Assembly: GCF_002105155.1 (NCBI RefSeq)
Contig: NW_019028990.1
Span: forward strand, 310,001-374,000
Origin: Lobosporangium transversale
Taxonomy: Eukaryota
Length of the DNA: 64,000 nucleotides
Reading direction: 5' to 3'
Each line of letters starts with the position of its first letter. Positions within the stretch are counted from its first letter, which is position 1. Below, one piece after another: positions 27,501 through 40,134 of the stretch. The position numbers were made by a program, and so were the translations under genes. Under the pieces are notes generated by a model. The model did not search any database, had not been told where the DNA came from, and was given only the letters and a program-made list of their open reading frames with translations.

Positions 27501-29213
27501 GTTCGTGCAGCACAGGAGAGGATTGAAGAATTGGAACAAGAGCTGAAAGAGGTTCGTAGCCGCTTCAATGAGCAATCAGTTGTACTTGAGAACCAACGCC
27601 AGAATGCAAACCAACAGGCCGAAAAGATGTCAATTTTGCTTCGCAAGATCAAGAAGGACCTGGAGGAGACCATCAAGGAGAAGGAAGAGGTTGAGATTGT
27701 ATTCAAGCAACTTCAGGAAGACCATGCACACTGTGATGATCACGTCCAGGAGCTTTCGACCTCGTGCGAGAATTTGAAGGAGCAGGAAGAGGAGCGAATG
27801 ATGATGCTAAAGATGCATTGGGAGGAAGAGCATCAGGAGTTGTCTGGACAGATTAATGATTTGCAAAAGAAATTGGAGGAGTCGGAGATGCAATCCTCAG
27901 AGCTATCTCAAAAGGCCATTTCAGCGACTGAGCGACTTCAGGAGGTCGAAGCTTTGAATGAGGCGATTTCAGATGAGTTGGAGAACCTTCAGGGTCAGAT
28001 GGAAAGCATGAAGAAGAAGGCTGCTAAGACTGAGGAGCAACTCAAGGCAGATGTAGAACGACTTGTGACAGAGATCCACCAGACTCAAGAGAAGCTCCAT
28101 GCCAAACAGAGCGAGTTCAATGAAGCTTCGGAGCTGAATGAGCAGCTCCAACGTGAACTTGAACAGGCTCTGCAGGCACAGAATCAGAGTCAGAATACGA
28201 ATCAAGGGTCCACTGCAGCCATTCAGCGTTTGGAAAGTGAGCGTCAGGATCTGGAACAGCGGTTGAAGAAGGCTCAGGAAGAGATCCATATATTGGAGGG
28301 TGACAACTCAGTTCTGGAGGCTAGGTTGGCAGATGCAGAGAAGAAGGTGGCTCTTTTGCTCGAGGACATGCAGAGCAGCATGACTGATGTTTCGAATTCG
28401 CCTCCTAGTTCAGATAATCTTGCAGGGATCCACCAGCAATTGACCAATCACCTTCGCCTTAACCTCAGCAACCTCAATAGCCAGACCACATCAGGCTCTG
28501 CTAGTTCCTCTCCCTCAATTTTGAAAAACCAGCACCATCAACAGAGCTCGCCCGTTTTGACGAATGCACAGCGTCTGATCAATAATGCCAGGAGCGCTAG
28601 TCAAGGCAGTCGTAGTAGCCAAGGTAGCCATAGCAACAGCCCAGTGAGCCAGAATGCTACCACTACTCTTTCTCCACTTGGATCCCCTACATCCAAGATT
28701 TATCATGCGACAAAGACGATTTTAAACAGGACAAAGTACAGTAACCAAAACAGCACTATTGGCACTATTGGCACTATTGGCAAGCAGCAGACGCCTCATG
28801 TAGGCGAATATGATGCAGGCGAGCATGTTAAGCCGAGTGAGCACCAGCAACGAGATCTGGACCGTGATTCTGTTGACTCGATCACCCGTGAGTTAGAGAT
28901 GTTGAAAGTCCCATGGAACAAGAATACGCCGGCCTTTATGCAACAGCAGCAGCAGCAGCAACAACAGCAACAGGTTCCTCAGACGTACCAATACTCTGGC
29001 AAGCTGAATGATCACAAGAACCAGTTTTATAACTATAGCGATGAAAGTAGTGAGGGAGATAACGAGGAAGAATATCTGGCGCATATGAAGCAGCAACAGG
29101 AACAACAACAACAACATTTCAAAGATACCCGATCTTTCAATGAAAAGAGTACTTTGCGATTGAAAGAGTATGAGCAGATGATAGATGAGATTGAGAACTC
29201 TAGATTACATTAA
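22382..29213 (+). CDS. Kelch-repeat plus long coiled-coil polarity protein, Kel1/Tea1-like; exons 22382-22895, 23309-23404, 23599-23817, 23931-24242, 24352-24507, 24620-26148, 26262-29213
   Basis: Kelch blades (PFPRFQH, PTPRHSH..YIFGG, PPARSGH..YVFGG, PTGRHGH..YIFGG), KIRYP, a Pro/Ser-rich linker and a coiled coil containing ALQEAAYLKAK; all junctions in frame. Confidence 0.88.
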
Positions 29214-31255
29214 GCAACATTTTAATCATTATCAAATAGTAAAACATAATCGTACATATATTTTCTTTACTCTATCAATGATTTATTTGTTTTTCTTTCA
29301 GTCTATTGTCATGTCCAATCTATCTTTCAAGGGGTATGGATGGAAAGGTAAAAAAGAATCAGAACAAATAAAGGGGGGGGGGATGGGAAAGAAAGGATGT
29401 GCAAGCATGACGAGGAATGACAGGTCATTGTTTCAAAGAAAGTGAAAAAAATAAAAAAATAAAATAAAATAAAAAAAATTCTCTAGCCGTTAAAAGACAT
29501 CAACAATCTACAAGTGTGGAGGGTTGGAGGCTACCAAAGCGGAAGTTTTGCTGTTTGTACCGTCGATCTAAACGTCGTGCCCAATGAACGTCTGGATAAA
29601 AAGATATCGGGTTCACTTCTGCTCACGATCTCAATCTTCTTTTTTCCTTTTTCGTTTTTCTTTTTTTGCAGATCATTCATGATGTACTAACTAGGGTTTT
29701 CCATGATAGGGTCCTTTTTCCCGTGTTTAGATATGAGCGAATCCCTGGTCTCTTTTATATACTCGATAGTTAACCTATGGGATAAACCTTTTTCTTTGTT
29801 TGTTTGCTTTGCTTTGTTTCCTTCCTTTTTTCTTTATCCCTTGAAAATCTTTTTTTACCATTTTTATATTTTTTACATGTTACAAGATCTCTTTTTTCTT
29901 TGACTGGACACGCAAAGCAAATAGATCTTCCCTGCATGTTCTTTATTACAGGGAAGAAAGAACAGGAAAAAAGGAAAGAAGCCCCGAGAACGAATGAAAC
30001 CATTACATTTATGAGCAGGAGAACAAAGAAAGAAAGAAAGAAAGAAAGAAAGAAAAAAAAAAAAAAAAAAAAAAAGATGGAGTGGTGTATTGGTGCATGC
30101 TCTTGTGATGCAACCAAATAGTGGACATAACCTTGCCTTACGCTTTGTCTCTTTTCTTTTCTTTTATATATATATATATATATTCTCCTGCTGCTCCTCA
30201 ACATCACAAAGACATTTTTAGTCTGACCCAATGTGCCAATGTGTCAATGTGCCAATGTGCATGTGGCCTCTTCATTAGGACGTTCATTTGCTTTGGCAAA
30301 AAAGCCATGCACGATTTGCTCCACAACAAAAAATAAAAGAGCAAACAAACAGGCCAACGGTCCAATGGGTGGATCAATTGTAATTGCATAAATATGATTT
30401 CCTTTGCTTACAATGTACAATGTACAATGCACTTGTCCATCATCGTTCCAACAACCTCTTTCCTCTTCCCATTTCTCTCCTCTCCTCTTCCCTCTCCTCC
30501 TTTCTCTCAATCGCAATCTCTCTTTCTCTTCTTCCTTGGAATCAAAAGGATAACCCCGTTATTTTCTTCAGATTTACTTTTTTATTTTAATCCTCTACCA
30601 CGATTTTGTCATTATACTTATTCGCTTTCATCTTTCATCTTTCATCTTTCACCTTCCATCTTTCCTCTGTATATACTAAGGAAAAGAGCTATAAAAGTGG
30701 ACACATATATCCCTCCTTCCTCGTCTTTTCTTTTTTGTGTTGTATCTCTTTTCTTTTCTTTCTTTTTCTTTTTTCCTTTTCCTGTCATCCTGACACCTGC
30801 TTGTTACTCCAATTTGGTGCGTATCCATGAACCAAAGAAATTAAAAAGCATAACGATCCCTTCATCCTCGTCCTCTTGTCTATGTTGGTTTATTTAAGTT
30901 TTAGATACATTTATATATATATTTGTGTGTGTGTTTGTCTGAACGTCTTGAACTTTTAAAGTTTCTTGTTGGCTCATGTGCGTGTGTCCATGGTGTACAT
31001 GCACATTTTTCTTTCACTTTAATTCTGTAACTGGATGAACTTCATTCACTCTTCGTACATTCATCTTCTTCATTCGTCTTATCCACTCTTTCATTCACTT
31101 GATCGGTTTATCACCCAAAGTTCATTCCCACTCGTCTCTAACTCTCCATTAAATTGCAACCCCATTCGTGCTGTTCAACCGTTGGGCTCTAAGCAATCGT
31201 GAGGAAAAGTTTGCCCTCCACTTTTGCTCATTTTTATTACTAGTGCACTTTTGCC

Positions 31256-31287
<32 letters not shown>

Positions 31288-31902
31288 ACACGGTCAAAGG
31301 ATTCTCTTGCATGCATTTCCATAATCCGTTTTTCTTTATCATTTTCTCTTCCAAAATAACAATGTCCATACTCACAACCTAGCTCCTTCTGGTTTGGTCC
31401 GTCTCTCTTTTCCTTTTTTTTTTATATATATATCTTTTTTAATATTTTGTTGCTCTATTACATCCATCAAGGCATCTTGTATTCTGGATCTAATCCAAAC
31501 CCCCCTTGATGACTTCAACCTATTGCTCAGCCTTCTTCCTCTTCTCTTTTGAATGTTAAGTCAACCGTTAGGCATTGGGCTCCCCCCCCTCCCCCCCCCT
31601 TTTTTTTTTTTTGTTAATCCCCCTCCTTTTTCGTCTTTAAAACATCTCCCCAACTTTTTCACTTTTTTTCTAATTTCCTTGTTTAACTTCTTCCTTTGTA
31701 ATGTACTTTTGGCAGGGGATAGCCAAGGATACATTCATGATTCTATTGCAATACTAAAGGTCCCGATCATAATCACTAACTCGGAATTCACTTCTTTCCT
31801 TTTTTATTTATTTATTTCTTCCTTCTCTAGTTGAATTTGCCCAAAAGTACTTCTTTTATTTTAGTATTCCACTTGAAAAAATATAGATATACATTAATAA
31901 TA

Positions 31903-31955
31903 ATGGGAGTCAGCTGCTGTAAAGAGGATGCCATCGACTTTAATTCAGAGAGTAA

Positions 31956-31995
<40 letters not shown>

Positions 31996-33202
31996 CTTCA
32001 TAAAATGCCTACAGGAATTGCCAAGCAATCAGGGCTCCATACAAGGACAAGGAATAAGACACCTCATTTATTAACTTTTAACACGTTACTTACTGCGTTG
32101 ATACCCCCATTGGAAACCTCTCTCTCCCTCTATTCTCTCAATCGTTCAATAATAACAATTAATCCTTGATCACACCTAAATCTATAAACTTCATCACTAT
32201 TTGCTTCTTTACACCTAAACTCATGTCCTCCTTTTCTCCTCCCTCCTTTCTTCCGTCTATATCTCTCTCTCTTTCTCCCTTTCATACAGTTGAGCTTTCA
32301 CATTTTCATCTCCTTCGATCAGTAGGGAAAGGATCATTCGGTAAAGTTCGAGTGGTCCAACATAAGCGAACAAAGAAAATCTATGCGCTAAAATATATCA
32401 ACAAGGCCAAATGTATTCGTATGCGTGCAGTTGAAAACATCATTCAGGAACGTCGACTCTTGGAAGAGATTGAATACCCATTGATCTGTAATCTGAGATA
32501 TGCATTCCAGGACGATGAGAATTTGTTCATGGTCCTGGATTTGATGTTGGGAGGAGATTTGAGGTTTCATCTCGAGAGAACGGGACCCATGAGAGAAGAT
32601 GTCGTTCGATTCTATATTGCAGAAATAGCCTTGGCACTCGATGCACTACACACACAGAATATCATTCATCGGTAAGGAAACAAGAATGGAAGGAAAGAAG
32701 GATTGGGGAAAATCCGTGTGTGTGTGAAAGAGAGAGAGAGAGGTATATATATATATAGTACGGCGGCGCAGCAAAATCTGTCTTACGTGATTCGACACGA
32801 GACAAAATGACGCGTCATGTAGTACAGGGAAAATGTCTTAACCTTACTGTCGCCACCATCATTTTACATCTTTTTCTTCCTCATTCGTGTTACCTTGACT
32901 TCTGATACTATATGTTCATACTGAAATGTATTACGATGGTTCAATAGAGATCTAAAGCCAGATAATGTCCTGCTGGACGAACGTGGGCACGCCCATTTGA
33001 CAGATTTCAACATTGCGGTCCGTTTTAATCCAGCGAGGCCATTGGGTTCAATAGCAGGAAGCATGGCTTATATGGCGCCCGAGATGCTATTACGGAAGGG
33101 ATATCTTGAGTCTGTAGATTGGTGGAGTTTAGGTGTTGTCATGTTTGAGCTGCTCTTTGGAAAGGTACAGAACGTATATATATATAATGCCCTTTTTCTT
33201 TT

Positions 33203-33237
<35 letters not shown>

Positions 33238-33727
33238 GACTTATTAATCTATCTTTCTTTTTTCTTCGAGTAATCAGCGGCCATTTAGAGGCAAGAATAA
33301 TGACCTATTGACCAACTCAATATTGTATGACCCTCTGCCAATACCAGAGAATGCCGCTGTGGTTATCAGCCGAAGCTGTTTAGATGTCCTCTCTAAGGTA
33401 CTTTTTTTTTTTTTTTTTTTTTTTAAAGCCACGTATTGTAACGAAAACGAAAAAGAATTAAAACATTTTTTGTAATAGCTCTGCGAGCGAGATGTTAGTA
33501 AACGCATGGGATGCACATCTGAAGGGATAAATGGGTTAAAGGAGCACCCTTGGTTCCAAGGAATTGAATGGAATGAACTAATAACAAAGGAAGCCATCCC
33601 GCCATTCCAGCCAAATGTAAATTCTGATTCCAACCTTTTTTTTTTTTTTTTTTTTTTTTGGCCACGAAATCTAGTATCTTTTTCAACTTATTAATTTACG
33701 TCGCTATTTGCTTCCTTAACCTCTAAT

Positions 33728-33763
<36 letters not shown>

Positions 33764-34428
33764 TGAAGCACGCTAATTTCGACGCGACGCATGAGCTGGA
33801 AGAACTACTAATGGAGGACAACCCGCTCAAGGCCAAGAAGAGGGCCCAAACGGGGCCAGAGACGGAACTTCCGATAGAGATGCAGATGATGGAGGATCAA
33901 TTCCTTGTGTATGACTATACCAAAGTTCAACGGTCCCATGTGCCCATCAAGCAGATCTCGAGCAGCGGGACTGAAAGCCTCCTTCACCTTGACCCCAAGG
34001 AAGAGCTGAGACAAGGAGGGGAGGGGGGGGACGGAGGGGACGGAGGGGACGGAGAATGCAATGATAGTAAAGTCAGTTTAAGCTGTACAACATTGGAGGG
34101 AGCCTTGACAACAAGGGATAGTTCTGAACAGATTGAAAACATACAGAAAGATACCGCCGCTGATACGTCAATATCTTCTGTAAAAGCACATCACCAACCT
34201 GAAAGCACCAGTGGCACGATTAAGCAAGAGAGGCTCAAAGAGGAAGAAAATAATGACCATGATCATACGGATATATCCTTGATCTATTCAAGCAAAATGT
34301 TACAACGTACCCATAGTAAAGAGAGCACGGATAGGATCCAAAAGCGAGGAGCATCTGCGCAAGACGAGCAGCAGCAGCAGCACCAAAATCATGAAGAAAA
34401 CAACAAAATAGACCTCAGAACCATTTAG
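31903..34428 (+). CDS. AGC Ser/Thr kinase, STK32/YANK-like; exons 31903-31951, 32290-32671, 32948-33164, 33278-33397, 33479-33616, 33763-34428 (tail may extend to 34673, see findings)
   Basis: GKGSFGKV, YALKYINK, LMLGGDLRFHL, HRDLKPDN, the YANK-type TDFNIA, NFDATHELEELL; N-terminus MGVSCC suggests myristoylation/palmitoylation. Confidence 0.93.
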
Positions 34429-35617
34429 GTAGTTTTTACCCCGATCCCGCCCACGGTGAATTAACGACACCAGTATCTCCTTCCAACTCTTCGGGTCACT
34501 CAACTGTTTCAATACCCCCCGCAGGCTTCAATGACTCACCGATATCACAAAGACTTGGAGCCACGGCTCCAGGAGCAGCTATATTTCCGGCGTCGGGCCC
34601 AGAAATGTTAGTTTCAACCATAAAGAGCCTCAATGCTGCAGGGCCCGGTCTATCTACGCAGGCTATAGAATAACGCGTAAAAAAAGAAGAAAATAAATTT
34701 TTTTTTTGCTCTATTGGCAGAAGTCAATAGCAAAGAATAAGTAAATCTTTTTTTTTTATGCCCACATTTAAATAGTATAAGGTGAACAACAAAGGGATGA
34801 GCGTTTCTCATTTACTTTTCTATTCGTACGAGTAAAATTGATCTCCCATACTACTCCGCTTAGTCAACCATGGTTACCGTCTCAAAACTATACACCAAAG
34901 TACTTCAAGGGACTCTAATTTTTTTTGTTTCATCCTTAGAAGGTCGACATCTATTGAATAAAGGGTTTCCGCATAATGCATTAGAAATATCTCGATCCAG
35001 ACATCTCCTGTCTCCACCCACATACTCATGATACCGTTCAACCAGGCGTTCGCAGGCTGTAAATAAACCTATATCCATAACTCCCATAACTCCGTAAAGC
35101 ACTGGCTCTGGTCCCTCAAATTCCGAGGCAAGATCCTTAAATGTTTCCCCCCCCTCAATGAAGGTCCTGGAATGCTGCTGTACATGAGGTCATGTAGTCG
35201 GAACGCAAGAAACCGAGCAGCAGGCAAGATGTTTGTGCGGTTCACATCATTGGATATGACCATAAGGCCAGTATACTGTTCCAGTTGGTCATCGTACTCA
35301 GTATCTGTACTGAAACGGTACATGTACAGGAACTCAGTGGCATTAACGTTTTTTTATTAAAACACGCGTTTGTGAAACGAAGGAATGTCACGTGCATAAC
35401 TGAGCAATCGACCTTCAAAGTTCAAAGTATCCTTCGAGAGGAGGAACCAAGTGAAGCCAGGGCTTTGTTGTCATCATCATCTCCGTCTCCATTCTCTACC
35501 AATCCACTTCCTCTCCTTTCATTTATCCTATTCCCTTTTTGGTGACATTTCTTTTTTTTATTTTTTTACCCCTGCGTTCCTCTTCCCTCCCCTTTTTAAG
35601 AAACAGAGCTCCTCAGA

Positions 35618-35982
35618 ATGAACCTCGATGTATTCAAACCCAAATTCTTTGCCCCTAGCACTAAAGGTTCGCTCGTTAATGCCTTGTTTTCATCCTAATC
35701 CTTCTCCACCCCAATGGCTATTCAATAACCTCGTCATTCCGTCCCCCACCTCCTTTCTCCCCTCCTTTTTTTTTTTTTTTTTTTTTTTTTTTGTTTTTTT
35801 AATCAGGCGAGAATGCCGAGTTGCTTGCGGACCTGAACAGTGAATACCGCGACAGACGCAAGGATGCTGTGAAGCGTGTCATCGCAAACATGACTGTTGG
35901 CAAAGATGTCAGTTCCTTATTTCCACATGTCGTGAAGAATATGCAGACTGAAGACTTGGAGATGGTAATGAAAGAATTGGTT

Positions 35983-36031
<49 letters not shown>

Positions 36032-38590
36032 TAGTAGAAACACGACTCAAAAGTTGGTTTTTTTTTTTTTTTATGTTTTAATTAGAAAAAACTCGTCTAT
36101 TTGTACCTAATGAACTATGCCAAATCAAATCCTGATCTGGTTATCTTGGCCGTCAACACATTTGTCAAGGTGAGGCGATGTTCTTCTGAAAATAATGGAC
36201 TTGTAGCATCATGATGGCTTTTCCTTTACTTTTACTTGCTGACTTTCTTTTTATTTTCGACATCGGAAACTGATTGGCGTACGTGACAGGATACAGATCA
36301 CACCAACCCATTGATTCGTGCCTTGGCTATCCGTACTATGGGATGCATCCGTGTGGATAAGATTCTGGATCATCTATGTGAACCTCTTCGCAAATGCCTT
36401 CAGGATGATAATCCATATGTTCGTAAGACTGCAGCTCTCTGTGTTGCCAAATTATGGGATCTGGATCAGGAGCGTGCAATCGAGAATGGATTCGTCACCA
36501 TGTTACACGACCTTGTTTCAGACTCGACACCTCTGGTCGTGGCCAACGCTGTCACGGCTTTGGCGGAAATGCAGGAGTCCTCTATGAGCAAGGATATCTT
36601 TGTAGTGAATGTGGCGATCATGAATAAGATGCTGATGGCGTTAAATGAATGCACAGAGTGGGGACAAATTGCAATTTTGACATCACTAGCAGAGTACAAA
36701 CCCCTGGATTCCAAAGAGGCAGAAAATATATGTGAACGAGTCATTCCTCGTCTTCAGCATGCGAATGGATCTGTGGTCTTGTCAGCTATCAGAGTCTTGT
36801 TGATCTTAATGAGATATATCAAGAACGATGAATTCTCAAAGGCTTTGATCAAGAAAATGTCACCACCACTTGGTACGACTGGGTTCGTGAGGAGCAAGCT
36901 TTTATATGCTTATTTTTTAAGGAACATGATAGACAAACTTCGTTTAATGACCATTTTTGTTTACAGTATCTCTCTTGGCATCCGCACCCGAGGTTCAATA
37001 CGTAGCGCTCAGGAATATCAACTTGATCTTGCAGAAGCGTGCAGATATTCTTCAGAACGATGTACGCGTCTTCTTCTGCAAGTATAACGATCCACCTTAC
37101 GTCAAACGCGAGAAGTTAGAAATCATAATCAAATTGTGCAATGGCAGGAATGTCGACCAAATTCTCTCAGAGCTGAAAGAGTAGGTCCAAATATATCTGT
37201 GTTTTTGGAAGCAGCTTTTATATCAATGGACTATAAATCAGGAACTGTAAAAGTATGAACTCAGAAACGATACTTTTCCTTGTGTCAAACTTAACCAGGT
37301 ACGCTTCAGAAGTCGACGTTGACTTTGTTCGTAAGGCGGTTCGTGCAATTGGGCGCTGTGCCATTATTATTGACGAGGCATCAGAGAGGTGCATAAACGT
37401 GCTCTTGGATCTGATTAACACGAAGATCAACTATGTCGTTCAGGAGGCTATTATTGTCATAAAGGTAAGAAGCTATAGAGTGCTGTAAAAGATGTGAAAG
37501 ATGAAAGCATTGAGGCAGCACTTTCAATTTTAACAGATTGATTACTAAAACAGCGATATGGGTTTAATTTTTATAACATCTCTTTGCTTTTAAGGATATC
37601 TTCCGAAAATACCCAAGACGATACGAGGCAATCATCCCCAAACTCTGTCAGAACCTCGATTCACTTGACGAGCCTGAAGCAAAGGGGTCTCTCATCTGGA
37701 TGGTTGGAGAATACGCAGAGCGTATTGATAATGCGGATGAATTGGTGGAAAACTTTTTGGAGACATTCTTGGAGGAGAATCCTCAGGTTCAGCTGCAGTT
37801 GTTAACTGCAACTGTCAAGCTCTTCCTGAAGAAGCCCTCACAAGCGCAAGAGATTGTCCACAGAGTTCTTCAGACGGCAACACAGGAAGTGGATAACCCT
37901 GATACGAGAGATAGAGCCTACGTCTACTGGCGTTTACTTTCAACCGACCCTCAGGCAGCTAAGACCGTGGTTTTATCGGAGAAGCCTCCGATTTCTGCAG
38001 AATCCGATCTGAGCAAGATTTCACCAGTATTGATGGATGAGTTGATCAACAATATCTCGACATTGGCCTCAGTATATCATAAGCCCCTTTCAGCGTTTAT
38101 GGGCAACAGAGCATACGGAGCAGATGCCGTTCGTAAGGCGGCGATTGCTGAGTAAGTGCCTTATACCAACTTTCTTTTTTTTAAAAAAAAAAAAAAAAAA
38201 AAAATCAACCTTGTAATCATGATTTATGCTATTGTAAAACTTTTGTCTAAAACATATCCATATTTCTTTTTTCCTTTTTATTATGATTTCTTTCTTATTG
38301 CAGTGCAAGGGATGAAGAACAGATTATGGGTAGTGATGAGTCGCCTGCAAGTTCAGGAGTTACAGGAACGGAGGCACCCAAGAGCACAATGGCTGACCTA
38401 TTGGATTTAGACTTTGGTTCATCAGAGCCTGCATATACATCACCACCAGTTTCTAGCAGCAAACCAAATACTAATGGAGGACCCAACTACAATGCGGATT
38501 TATTTGACATGTCATCTGATATAGGCTCTTCAGGAAGCGTATTTGGAGGCATGGCAAGCATGAATGGTACTGGTGGAGGAGGTATTCAGC

Positions 38591-38621
<31 letters not shown>

Positions 38622-38796
38622 GACTCAGAGTGCGAATAATCATTTTGGAGACCTAGGTGGATTGGGAGGATTGAACTTTGGACAGCAACAACAGCAGCAA
38701 CAACAGCAGCAACAACAGCAGCAGCAACAGCAATCATTTCAGCAACCTTCAAACACACAACCATCGACAGTAAACGATTTGCTAGATCTTTTTTAA
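35618..38796 (+). CDS. APL2: Adaptor complex beta subunit, most like AP-1 beta; about 8 exons
   Basis: Exon 1 [16 protein letters not shown] spliced to [36 protein letters not shown]; also [47 protein letters not shown]. Confidence 0.92.
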
Positions 38797-40134
38797 TATA
38801 TATAATATCGACTTTTATAAATAGTAGAAAAAGTAGGAAAAATAATAAAAGTAAAAAATAATACTCGCTTTATTTCATTCGAATCTACTTTTTCCAAGAT
38901 TGGTGCCCTGTCAAAGATGATATTGGTATATAAAGAATTGCCTGGATCTGACTCTGCCTTGTTCTAACAATCAACATTTTATCACTTGTACAAGGCCATG
39001 GTCCTTTGTGTAGCTCAAGCACTTTGTATCGTAGTTTAGAAACAAACCAAAAAAAAAAAAAAAAAAAAACCCAACACAGTAACATCACTCTTGCTTAGAG
39101 TTTCATTGCTCAAATAGTCGATGCATTCACGGCTTAACCCAAGACTTATCTTCCCATTGATTGGTTTATACCTTTTATGATCAAGGGTGGGGTAAAAAAA
39201 AAAACTTGATGTGAATGGAGATGATTGACATATGAAATTTCAGCCTTGTCAACGCCTTCAATGGAACCAAGGAGGGGGGAAAAAAGGAGGAAGAGGAAGG
39301 GTGGGCTGTTGCGGTACTGCGTTTCAATGCATCGTGTTTGGACGGCAAACCTCCATGATAACACCGCAGAATGTGGGAGTAACAATGTTGGTAGATAGTT
39401 CAGCCCCATTACCATATGCACCCTGGTTTTCACTGGGGTCAATGGTAATATAAGATACAAGAAAAGAGAGAAAGCGGATTTGTGGGATTAAATCCCGATA
39501 GTTTTATCTATTGACGTAACAATATCAAATATGACTGAGAATGGATCTATGCGATCTTTTCCTTATCATTACTCATTGCATGTGGGAGACAGTTTAAATG
39601 GGATCAAGCTAATATGGCTATGAGTGATAAGGTCTACAACACTAAAACCTGTCAGAAAAGAAAAAAGCGTGCATCATGTCATCCCTTTCGGCCGTATCTT
39701 GAATCTCCCTACAAAATGTAGCAAATATGAAATAATACAGCCAGAAATAAGCATAATGGTTAATCAGGAATGGCCATCCGCTGTTGCGTTACCGTAGTCC
39801 GGCGATAGGTATGTCGTTCAACCAACATGGACATTGCACTGTTGCGAACTGCACCCCTTTTTCACTTATTTGGATGTAATAAAGAGTCAAAGAAAATGGC
39901 AAGGATTGGAATGTGAAAAAAAAAAAAAAAAAAAAAAAAAAGACATCGAATTCTTCTCGACCCCTTCTTTTTTTTTTTATATATCTGTTCACTCTCTCTC
40001 TCTCTTTCTTGTCCTTATTTCTCAGCTCTGTTTATAAACAGTTCATTTAACCTAGACTTCATCCTGTCGTTCATTGCACGTATCCGTATCAAAGTGTCAC
40101 CAAACTTAAAATTTAATAAATTTACTTACACAAA

